Shown here: piece by piece, positions 54,100-64,000 of the stretch
Layout: each line of letters starts with the position of its first letter
Numbering within the stretch: the first letter of the stretch is position 1
IMG/VR virus record: IMGVR_UViG_3300017917_003565
Span: 32,001 to 96,000 of that record
Source: a virus
DNA: 64,000 nt
Strand: one strand, 5' to 3'
Notes under the pieces: model-generated
What the model was told of the DNA's origin: nothing
Database searches by the model: none
The model's input: only the letters and a program-made list of their open reading frames with translations
Position numbers and translations under genes: made by a program

Positions 54100-56316
54100 C
54101 TATCTATTTTTATATTGTGCATCCACCATCTCTGTGTGCAATCTGTCAGATCCTGTCATGAATCTACGTCCAGCTGGATTGTCTATATTACGCTGACCTT
54201 TGTAGATCTCAAATGGTCGGTAACCCACGGCATCTGGCAGAACTGCTTTGCCATAGGCGTCAAATCCCGGAGTGAATCCCATGGCTTGGATTACTACATT
54301 CTGCACAGCCACTTGAGCTTCTATAGTTGCAGCCTCGCCCATCTTGCTGGCAAGATTTTTGCCTTCTTCTACGGCTTTGGTACGTGCGGCTTCTAATCTG
54401 CGTTCGGCCAAGGCTTGACGTGTGGTCTTAGGTTGATCAGTAGAGGATGAACTGGCACTGGTTTTTGGTGCTGATGAATCTTTTGAATCTACAGTCTTGG
54501 TTTCTTCTTTCTTTTCTTCTTTGGTTGCTACTACTGTGGCAATCACCGGTTGTGGTGCAGGCACCAATGGAACCGTGGCAGTGGTTGCTTGAGCTGGACT
54601 GGCCGAAGTAGCAGTAGCGGTTACTGTTTGATTGACCACCGGGTCTGCTATCACTGGTGGGTTGCTACTTTGATTGGTGGTGGTGGCCACCACCACTGTT
54701 TCTTGCACTGGAGTAGACACGGTTGGTGTTGATGATCCTATGTTAAGGATATTTTTCTTGGCATAGGCCTCGGCATAGTTGGGACATTGATTGCTGTACA
54801 ACCCATCAAGATTACATTGTTGTGCAAAATATGCCTGGGCATACCCAGTGCATCCTGTGTCATACAGAGGGTTGGCAGTACATTGTTGCACATAATAGGC
54901 ATCAGCATATCCTGGACATTGACTGTTGTACAAAGGATTCAAACTGCACTGTTGTGAAAAATAGGCCTGAGTATACCCAGGGCAGTTAGGAGAATACAAA
55001 GGATTAGCTGTGCATTGATAAACGAAATATGCGGCGGCATAGCCCGGGCATTGGGTATTATACAGGGCCGAGATGGTGCATTGTTGTGCGAAGTAAGCCT
55101 CGGCATACCCAGGGCAGGCAGGATTAGTCAGAGGATTAGAACAGTCAGTGGCCTGCGTGGAGTTAAGGCTCCAATCGGCAACCGATTTTCCAGGTATGCC
55201 AAAAAACTGATGTGTCTTTTCTCCCAAAGCCAGATTACCGATGGTTCCAATGGTCACTGTCTGCTGTGAATTTATGGAAGTATAGTTAGCTCCAATGTAG
55301 CCAGTGGGTCTCAGTTCTAGATTAAATGTGTTGAGGTTGGCACCATTGCTGATGTCTCCAATGTTTTTCCAGTGATAGCGTATGTGATTGGCATCTTTGG
55401 TGGTGTAGAATTCTGATGTTGGACCGGGATAGAGATCAGTCCAAAATGGTGCTATCAAGTAGTTGATCCTACTGCCAAGGCTGGCAGTATTTTGACCAAG
55501 GTCGGGCCCGCCACAGCAATAGGCCCACCCACCATCATTGGGTTCAATGAGGCTGAGAGGATCTAGAAAACTGACCACACCATTGCTGTGCATCCAGGAG
55601 TTGGTAAACACCCGGCCATAGAAAGGAAATCCAAATGGCAAAGGCACATGAGCATAAGAATCATCACCAAATGTATAGTAGGTTTTGTAACCCGGGCACG
55701 ATGGCGACGATTGTGGGTTGACCACACAAGGATCTACACTATAGTTTAATCCCACATTGACGTTGCGTATCTGAGGACCGTAGTATCCTCCCCAGAATTT
55801 GTTATCCTGTCCGGAGAAACTGACTTCGAGATTGCCCACTGAAGCCAGGCCATAGGATTGGCTGAAATTCTGTGTGCCACTCTGTGTATACCATTGATTG
55901 CCTTGCACAGGCATGGAATAGTTATAGGTCTGCAAGGCCGACCCTGTGGGGCTGGTCAGTCGGATCTGTCCAGTGAGTGATCCCTGACTTTCACCAAAGT
56001 TGTAATATTGCCAAGAGTAGTTATAACCACTGATCTGTATGCCTGTGCCACTGAGTGCTTGATTGATGGCTATGGCCTGCGCCACTGTGCCAGACTGCCA
56101 GGAAAAATAAATGGTATTGTTGGAAGAATTATAACCCGGAGGCCCACCTTCTCCTGGAGCACCGCCACCGGTGCCGGTGTAAGGTACCGCACCAGACCAG
56201 GTATTGTTTATAAGATTGGGTGTGGTAGATGTCTGTGCTCGTACTGGTGCACTGAGCCATACATAAAACAGGCACAGGTACATAACCAGAAGAAAACGAG
56301 CAAACAGTCGCATCAC
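54100..56316 (-). CDS. Secreted protein with NIDO-like domain and Cys repeats
   Basis: Signal peptide; DD....V.LPF.FPFYG..F......SNG..SF, IAPFWTDL; about six 22-aa QC..(N/S/D).LY...C(P/T)GYA.AY repeats. Confidence 0.7.
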   Translation of the reverse strand: MMRLFARFLLVMYLCLFYVWLSAPVRAQTSTTPNLINNTWSGAVPYTGTGGGAPGEGGPPGYNSSNNTIYFSWQSGTVAQAIAINQALSGTGIQISGYNYSWQYYNFGESQGSLTGQIRLTSPTGSALQTYNYSMPVQGNQWYTQSGTQNFSQSYGLASVGNLEVSFSGQDNKFWGGYYGPQIRNVNVGLNYSVDPCVVNPQSSPSCPGYKTYYTFGDDSYAHVPLPFGFPFYGRVFTNSWMHSNGVVSFLDPLSLIEPNDGGWAYCCGGPDLGQNTASLGSRINYLIAPFWTDLYPGPTSEFYTTKDANHIRYHWKNIGDISNGANLNTFNLELRPTGYIGANYTSINSQQTVTIGTIGNLALGEKTHQFFGIPGKSVADWSLNSTQATDCSNPLTNPACPGYAEAYFAQQCTISALYNTQCPGYAAAYFVYQCTANPLYSPNCPGYTQAYFSQQCSLNPLYNSQCPGYADAYYVQQCTANPLYDTGCTGYAQAYFAQQCNLDGLYSNQCPNYAEAYAKKNILNIGSSTPTVSTPVQETVVVATTTNQSSNPPVIADPVVNQTVTATATSASPAQATTATVPLVPAPQPVIATVVATKEEKKEETKTVDSKDSSAPKTSASSSSTDQPKTTRQALAERRLEAARTKAVEEGKNLASKMGEAATIEAQVAVQNVVIQAMGFTPGFDAYGKAVLPDAVGYRPFEIYKGQRNIDNPAGRRFMTGSDRLHTEMVDAQYKNR

Positions 56317-56849
56317 TGTTTCTCAGTAGGCCGATCAGGAATAACCGCTGGTGATTTAGTAGCGTAATGCCCTACATTCTCTTTTTTGGCCGAATCTAAC
56401 ACACCACGGCGTTCCCATTCTGTGCGAGCATCGGTGCCGATTTTGCCCTCCACTGGGCAGGGCGTGCCAGCCGCCATCATGGCAGTGAATATACGATCAT
56501 CTTGACAAAGCGTGGCCACAGCAGCCACTTTCATGCCCATGTCGTAGAGATTTTTACTGAGTTTGATGCGCTCGCAGTTCATGTCTCGCATGGTTCCTCC
56601 CACGGAGATACCCAAGATCTGTGTTTGAACTGCACCTGATGCTGCCACAGCACACACATCATTGTTGATGGTGGTCACGGCAGGTGCCACAGCCGTGGGC
56701 GGCGGCGACTTGACCGTGGTTTCGCTGGTGTTGTGAGTGGTGCTACGCGAGGTTGAATCAGTGACGATTGGTTGTGCTTGTACTGGCAGTACAAGCAAGG
56801 AAGCGGATATCACGGCCCATCCGCCAAGGCTTGCAAGTTTTTTGAACAT
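56313..56849 (-). CDS. Conserved secreted phage protein
   Basis: Signal peptide; SPPP.A.AP, C....SGAVQTQ..G.S, D.NCER.KL...L...GMKVAAV..LCQD, AGTPCP..G.IG. Confidence 0.75.
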   Translation of the reverse strand: MFKKLASLGGWAVISASLLVLPVQAQPIVTDSTSRSTTHNTSETTVKSPPPTAVAPAVTTINNDVCAVAASGAVQTQILGISVGGTMRDMNCERIKLSKNLYDMGMKVAAVATLCQDDRIFTAMMAAGTPCPVEGKIGTDARTEWERRGVLDSAKKENVGHYATKSPAVIPDRPTEKQ

Positions 56850-56947
56850 TTTTCATTGGATTGGTTTTGCCAATCTTCTCCACGTGTTCCTCTTAGTGGG
56901 AACATCGCATGTATTTAACTCAAAATGTCCTGCAAAAAATGCTGGTA

Positions 56948-57502
56948 TTAAATGGTTATAGGCAACCACAGCCATATGGCCTGGCTCATGAGTAACATGG
57001 CCAAAGAACCTACCGCGATACTGGCCTTGTACATCTTGGTATTCACTGCCAATATACTGGCAGTCAACAACACGATGGCTATTTGAAACAAACTGCCAGC
57101 ATAGGTATACCAGGGGCTGCGATTTTTAGCTTCAGAGCGCACAGCTTCATGAGCTCGAGCTTTGGCCATGAGTTCTTGTTTGCCCTCGCCAGATTTAGGA
57201 TCTGACTCATAGCGATCAATCTTGGCCTGTAGATCTGAAGCCTTGCGCTTGTCACCGGCACGCACAGCATCTTCTTGTGCCATTTCGGCCAAAGTCTGCT
57301 TGATTGATTTGGCTTGATAGAATGCCCAGGTGTTGTTAGCGTCTATGGTGTTGTTTAATATTTTGCTTGAATTAGCACCACCCATAAGTGTGTTGATAGC
57401 CAACATGGCAGCCAGTACTGTGATTACCCAACCAGCTTTATCTTTGATCTGTGCTTCACGTTCACTGCGGCTCAGTGGTTTGACTTCTTTGACTTCGCTC
57501 AT
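56948..57502 (-). CDS. DUF4337-like membrane protein
   Basis: A...W.FYQAKSIKQ, QIAIVL..ASIL. Confidence 0.75.
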   Translation of the reverse strand: MSEVKEVKPLSRSEREAQIKDKAGWVITVLAAMLAINTLMGGANSSKILNNTIDANNTWAFYQAKSIKQTLAEMAQEDAVRAGDKRKASDLQAKIDRYESDPKSGEGKQELMAKARAHEAVRSEAKNRSPWYTYAGSLFQIAIVLLTASILAVNTKMYKASIAVGSLAMLLMSQAIWLWLPITI

Positions 57503-57542
57503 TGTAGGCTCCTATTGTTTTAATAATAGGAGTATTTAGCGT

Positions 57543-57890
57543 TTATTTTCGTATGACCGGGGACCAGTCGCTGGGAAGATCCTGTGTTTTCAATCGTTGG
57601 ATTCGTGCACCAAACTCCGCATAAAATGAATCTAGTTCATTGCCCCATTTGCCTGTGAGATGTCCAATGGCCTGTTCACAGAAGTCCCAGTTTTTTTCTG
57701 CATAGTTTTTGATCAACTTGGCATGTAGTTCTTTGTTGGCATCCAGATTGGTCAACTCAGCAATGGGCACGTTTTCTACCACGCAGTAAGCGGTGTGTTT
57801 GTTGCCATCCGCCAACAGCAGAGTGTCTAACTCTAAAATGGTGTACTTGTCTTGATCTTCGGGCAGTGCTTCTTTGAATATTATGTTCAT
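57543..57890 (-). CDS. Hypothetical protein resembling the C-terminal helical tail of class III adenylate cyclases
   Basis: LELD ... Y....W.......L.G.....L..FY.....RI........DW. Confidence 0.5.
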   Translation of the reverse strand: MNIIFKEALPEDQDKYTILELDTLLLADGNKHTAYCVVENVPIAELTNLDANKELHAKLIKNYAEKNWDFCEQAIGHLTGKWGNELDSFYAEFGARIQRLKTQDLPSDWSPVIRK

Positions 57891-57916
57891 GGTATAAACC
57901 TCTGTAAATAGTTATC

Positions 57917-58711
57917 ATGCAGTTAGCCTTTGATTTAATTTCTGACTTACATGTTGAAACCTGGCCCGAAGATTTTGATTGGTCGTCTCAGGCTACCAGT
58001 GCTTATTGTGTAGTAGCTGGTGATGTATGCCGAGACCGAGATCTCTTGGTTCGTGCCCTTACCAATCTGGGACAGAGTTATCCTGGTGGAGTGTTCTACA
58101 TCGACGGCAATGATGAGCATCGTAACCATTTGGAAGACCTCGGTAACAGTTATCTTGACCTAGATCATTTGGTCAGACCCATAGACAACTTGGTGTACCT
58201 ACAGGACAATGTGGTGATCATCAATGGTGTAGCGTTCCTTGGAGCCAACGGTTGGTGGAACTTTGAGTTTGGCAGTGATATTGACGCTGAACAAACACAG
58301 ATGTGGTATCAACACAAACTAGGATTATCGGATCAGGCAATCGCAAGCATTGTTAGTTGCGCCAACGGTGACGCAGCTTATTTGATCAACAGCGTGAAGA
58401 AACTGCAAACACACAAAGAAGTTCATGCCATAGTCATGATCAGTCACACTGTGCCATCACCAGAGTTGGTGGCTCATGATCCTGAGTTGGCTGATACCTA
58501 TAGATTCAACTGTGTTGGCAACAATCTGCTGCTACATGCCTTGGCAGCAGATTCAGAAAAAAAGATCAATACCTGGTGCTTTGGACACTATCACAGCGCA
58601 GTGGATCAACTACACAATGGTATACGCTGGGTCAACAACTGCCGAGGCCGTGGGGATTCTCCTTGGCGGCAACACACTTATTTTCCCAAAAGAATCGAGA
58701 TCAACTACTAG
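57917..58711 (+). CDS. Metallophosphoesterase (second)
   Basis: SDLH, VAGD, GNDEH, SH.VP, W.FGH.H, NNCRG. Confidence 0.85.
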   Translation: MQLAFDLISDLHVETWPEDFDWSSQATSAYCVVAGDVCRDRDLLVRALTNLGQSYPGGVFYIDGNDEHRNHLEDLGNSYLDLDHLVRPIDNLVYLQDNVVIINGVAFLGANGWWNFEFGSDIDAEQTQMWYQHKLGLSDQAIASIVSCANGDAAYLINSVKKLQTHKEVHAIVMISHTVPSPELVAHDPELADTYRFNCVGNNLLLHALAADSEKKINTWCFGHYHSAVDQLHNGIRWVNNCRGRGDSPWRQHTYFPKRIEINY

Positions 58712-59016
58712 GAGATTTCAGGTTCTAGTTTAACCTGGAGAGGATAGTTGTTGGTACGAGCCTGTACCGTGACTTCAATGCCTTTTTGTTCGGCGATTTC
58801 ATAGGGCAACACGGCTACCACTGCAGATCCTTCTTCGTGTATGTCATAGGTGATTTTGACTGCGGTCTGTTCGGTATAATCAAAGCTGGATACCAGCGTT
58901 TCTATCACAAACTCCATGGGGGTGGCATTGTCGTTGAGATATATGACCTTGAACATGGGCGGTTCTGCTAGACCATGATTGGTTTTAACTTTTGTAGCGG
59001 TATCTGCCTGAGACAT
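58708..59016 (-). CDS. clpS: Clp protease adaptor ClpS
   Basis: PPMFKVI.LND..TPMEFV, IH..G.A.V...P.EIAE.K, YPL. Confidence 0.92.
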   Translation of the reverse strand: MSQADTATKVKTNHGLAEPPMFKVIYLNDNATPMEFVIETLVSSFDYTEQTAVKITYDIHEEGSAVVAVLPYEIAEQKGIEVTVQARTNNYPLQVKLEPEIS

Positions 59017-59075
59017 AAAGAGTCCTTGATTGTAGTGGAGAGCAACATGCCCTCCACTGTATTTACTATATTATA

Positions 59076-59516
59076 CTATTTTGTGTACGAGATCGCAATG
59101 GTCTTTGGCTTGGCAGCTTCAGGCACACGACGCTCAAGACGCACGGTCAAGATACCATTTGTGCATTCTGCGCTGACTACTTCCACATAGTCGGCCATGG
59201 TAAATGTGCGTACAAAACGACGAGCACTGATTCCTTGATGCAGATACTCTGTGCCTAAAACCATGGCTTCAGGTTGCTTCTCACCGGTGATCACTAGTTC
59301 TCCATCCTTGACAGAAACTTCGATCTCACCATCCACAAAGCCGGCTACGGCTACCTGTATTTCAAAGGTATCGTCACCTGTTTTAAGTATGTTATAGGGC
59401 GGATAGTTGGTTCCACTGGCATGATCGATTTGATCCATGATACGACCAAACAAACGATCTACACCAATGCTGTTGCGATAAAATGGAGTAAGATCCATAG
59501 CTGTGATTTTTGTCAT
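59076..59516 (-). CDS. Small heat shock protein Hsp20 (IbpA-like)
   Basis: NYPPYNI, AVAGF, YLHQGIS.R.F.R.F, A...NG.L.V.L.R.VPE..KP..I.I. Confidence 0.95.
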   Translation of the reverse strand: MTKITAMDLTPFYRNSIGVDRLFGRIMDQIDHASGTNYPPYNILKTGDDTFEIQVAVAGFVDGEIEVSVKDGELVITGEKQPEAMVLGTEYLHQGISARRFVRTFTMADYVEVVSAECTNGILTVRLERRVPEAAKPKTIAISYTK

Positions 59517-59590
59517 AATATTCTCCTTTCATTAAGCAAGTTATGACTGTAGTGTAGACCCGACCATCGGCGTCTACACTACTATTTATA
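59517..59590 (-). promoter_or_regulatory. ROSE-like RNA thermometer leader of hsp20
   Basis: TATAAATA, GTAGTGTAGACGCCG..CGGGTCTACACTAC hairpin, CTTGCTT..AAGGAG. Confidence 0.7.
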
Positions 59591-59606
59591 ACAGATTATC
59601 TCTGTT

Positions 59607-61531
<1,925 letters not shown>

Positions 61532-61615
61532 AGTTAATCCTTGTAAAGTAAAGCACACCACTGATCAGGATGGTCAGCGGTAATCTTGATAGGTTGTTTG
61601 GAAGTTGACGCTAGG

Positions 61616-61729
61616 TCAGAAGATATATTGCATTGACATGTTATTCCTCCTTAATCTAAGCAAGTAATAGTGTAGACCCATTGGGCGTCTACAAAACATA
61701 TTTATAACACTTTTTCCTGGATCTGTCAA
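61616..61729 (-). promoter_or_regulatory. groES leader: promoters, ROSE-like hairpins and a 7-aa uORF (61616-61639)
   Basis: TTGACA-17-TATAAA overlapping TATAAATA; TGTAGACGCCC..GGGTCTACA; CTTGCTT..AAGGAGG; then ATG TCA ATG CAA TAT ATC TTC TGA. Confidence 0.6.
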
Positions 61730-61756
61730 TATGACAATGACAGTTTTGGAAAGATA

Positions 61757-61978
61757 TCAGTAGAGTTTTTTAGGCAACTGTTGGTCACGCAGTTTGCGCA
61801 ACCATCTTGCTCGGGCAGCGCCCTTTTTGCGTTTGCGCACAGTCGTGGGTTTTTCGTAGGTTTCACGGCTTCGTAGTTCATCTAGTAGGCCAGATTCCTG
61901 CACCTTTTTCTTAAACTTACGTAGAGCTTTTTCTACGTTGCCATCTTTGACAATCACACCCTTGCGATATTCTTTCAC
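61757..61978 (-). CDS. rpsU: Ribosomal protein bS21
   Basis: [13 protein letters not shown]...G.L.E.R.RE.YEKPT..RKRKK.AA..R ... LY. Confidence 0.93.
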   Translation of the reverse strand: MKEYRKGVIVKDGNVEKALRKFKKKVQESGLLDELRSRETYEKPTTVRKRKKGAARARWLRKLRDQQLPKKLY

Positions 61979-63171
61979 GTATTTTCCTGTACCAGTGTCA
62001 TGGGTGTATTTACCTGGGTTTTATTGATAACCACACGCAGAATATTGTTGCGGGCGTACCTGGACAGATCAAACATGTGCGGCAACAATACTCTCTCCAG
62101 CTCGCTGTGCAGGCCTCGGGCACCAGTATGAGTGTTTAATGTTCGTTCTGCTATCTGTTCCAGGCTTTCCTGATCAAACTCCAGTTCCACGCCATCGGCG
62201 CTAAACAAGGTCTGATATTGTTTGACAAAGTTTCCTCGTACCTGTGTCAAAATACTGATCAACTGTGCCTTGTCGAGATCGTGTAGATTTACATAGGTAC
62301 CAAATCTACCCACAAACTCAGGAATCATACCATACTTGACTAAGTCATCTGGAATCACTGTTTCCATAGGTATTGCTCGGTCACTTAGTTGTGCTCCAAA
62401 TCCAATAGCAGTACCTCGGATCCTGTTTTGTATGATCTTGTCAAGACCCACAAATGCGCCTCCGGCTATGAATAAGATATTGGTAGTATCGATCTCTACA
62501 GTTTCTCCTGCGGAAGTTTTTCTGGTACCCATAGCAGGTATGCGACACTTGGTGCCTTCGATAAGTTTTAACAAGGCCTGTTGTACTCCTTCTCCCGACA
62601 CATCTCTGCTGACTGTGGCACTTTCACTTTTCCTGGCGATTTTGTCAATCTCATCTAAAAAAACTATGCCTCTTTGGCATGCGTCAATGTCTCCGTTGGC
62701 CGCTGTGTACAATCTTGAGATCATGCTTTCTACATCATCGCCCACATACCCTGCTTCAGTCAAGCAAGTGGCATCTGCTATCACAAACGGCACTTCAAGA
62801 TATCGAGCCACGGTGCGGGCCATCAAGGTCTTGCCAGTTCCTGTGGGTCCAATCATCAGTAGATTGGCCTTTTGTATCTCCATGCCTGGGCGGTTGATAC
62901 GTTTGTAGTGATTGGCCACGGCCACGCTCAGCACGACCTTGGCTTGGTCCTGACCTACCACACACTGATCTAGATAATCACGTATGTCATGCGGATCCGG
63001 AATCTTTATGGCCGTGGATTTTTTCTGTGCAGTGGTTTTGGTGTCTCTCAGCAGAGTGCTACAAAGATCCACACATTCGTTGCAGATTGCTACTTTATGA
63101 CTGACAATGAGTTTGTTGACTTGATCCTTGTGTTTGTCACAAAAACTGCAATGATCATTGTTCACGGTCAT
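61975..63171 (-). CDS. clpX: Clp protease ATP-binding subunit ClpX
   Basis: CSFC..C..C zinc domain, [41 protein letters not shown] loop, GARGL. Confidence 0.97.
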   Translation of the reverse strand: MTVNNDHCSFCDKHKDQVNKLIVSHKVAICNECVDLCSTLLRDTKTTAQKKSTAIKIPDPHDIRDYLDQCVVGQDQAKVVLSVAVANHYKRINRPGMEIQKANLLMIGPTGTGKTLMARTVARYLEVPFVIADATCLTEAGYVGDDVESMISRLYTAANGDIDACQRGIVFLDEIDKIARKSESATVSRDVSGEGVQQALLKLIEGTKCRIPAMGTRKTSAGETVEIDTTNILFIAGGAFVGLDKIIQNRIRGTAIGFGAQLSDRAIPMETVIPDDLVKYGMIPEFVGRFGTYVNLHDLDKAQLISILTQVRGNFVKQYQTLFSADGVELEFDQESLEQIAERTLNTHTGARGLHSELERVLLPHMFDLSRYARNNILRVVINKTQVNTPMTLVQENT

Positions 63172-63172
63172 G

Positions 63173-64000
63173 TTATGCTGATCCTTGTTGGTTGGTCAAC
63201 TTTCTTTCAATGCTGTCACGTTCGGCGTCGCTGAGTAGATCTGGATCGTATTCGCCAGATTCAATCTTGGCTATGAGATGATCAATGTAGGCATCATCAT
63301 AGGCATAGATGTCGGTCAAAGCCTTGTCTACTTCTACCCAGAGATTTCCATTGAACTTGTACAAGGTGCTGGGCAACTGATCCACACGCAGGAACATATC
63401 ACCTTTCTTGGGATTAAATGGAAAACTGGTTCCAAATCCTTTGACTTCTCCTTTGAGTCCTGTGGGTGCATTATCAGCTTCTAATCCCTGTGTGGCCATT
63501 ACACGGGCCTGGAACTCGGAATCTTGCCAGGGCAACTGTTGTATGGCTCCTGAAGCCAGGAGATATCGTTGGCGTTTGAGAGTGTCATCAGGATTTTCAA
63601 CCTTCCAGGCACGTTCAGCCAGTTTTTCTGGTGTGTTGATGTTTTCATCCGTGGATTCGTCGGGCAGTGTAGGGGTATTGAGAGGGGCATGCTCGGCTTC
63701 GGAGTCACGTATGACCAATCGCTTGGCATTGGCCCACATGCTGTCAAGGCCTTCAAATATGGACTTTTTCTTGATGGGTTCTTCGACGGGTGGTTCATAT
63801 GTACCTGTGTCGATGGACTGAGCCACATTCCGAGCTCGATCAAAAAACACTGTGGTGTCTGTATCTACCTTAGCTTCTTGAAGTTGAGCATTGAGTTGAT
63901 TTATCTGGTCGTCGCTGAGCGAGTTGTTGTCCGGCTCGTAATCAGTGCGTCGTTTACCTGTGGCAAATATGTTTACACCCTGTTCCCATTCCAAGGTCTT
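63173..64000 (-). CDS. Hypothetical protein, 5' end outside the window
   Basis: Frame is open to the window edge; FG..FP..P.KGD.F.RVD.LP..L.KF.G..W.EVDK. Confidence 0.7.
   Translation of the reverse strand, partial: KTLEWEQGVNIFATGKRRTDYEPDNNSLSDDQINQLNAQLQEAKVDTDTTVFFDRARNVAQSIDTGTYEPPVEEPIKKKSIFEGLDSMWANAKRLVIRDSEAEHAPLNTPTLPDESTDENINTPEKLAERAWKVENPDDTLKRQRYLLASGAIQQLPWQDSEFQARVMATQGLEADNAPTGLKGEVKGFGTSFPFNPKKGDMFLRVDQLPSTLYKFNGNLWVEVDKALTDIYAYDDAYIDHLIAKIESGEYDPDLLSDAERDSIERKLTNQQGSA

Overview
The window looks like a 64-kb segment of a large (jumbo/huge) T4-like tailed phage. The likely host is a freshwater betaproteobacterium, inferred from the host-like SerC, ErpA, DesA, AhpC/D and GroEL sequences. 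Genes are densely packed, mostly on the minus strand, and use the standard genetic code. The content falls into six groups. (1) Baseplate and tail-fibre genes. (2) Dozens of small accessory ORFs driven by near-consensus sigma70 promoters that share a conserved spacer and a palindromic operator. (3) Auxiliary host-like genes: SOD, ErpA, IF-1, bS21, SerC, AhpC/AhpD, SpeD, desaturase, UvsE, PBP7-like peptidase, SleB. (4) A near-complete proteostasis set: ClpX, ClpP, ClpS, Hsp20, GroES, GroEL. (5) An EcoRI-fold nuclease + Dam-family methyltransferase + ABC-ATPase/GNAT operon. (6) An amidinotransferase/oxygenase/glycosyltransferase-like cluster. The most unusual non-coding signals are several strongly structured intergenic RNAs that I could not assign to a known class, three copies of a ROSE-like thermometer leader, PhaR-like and OxyR-like boxes kept on phage genes, many apparently leaderless late genes, and apparent GATC enrichment. 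All annotations come from motif recognition by eye; no database searches or folding programs were run.
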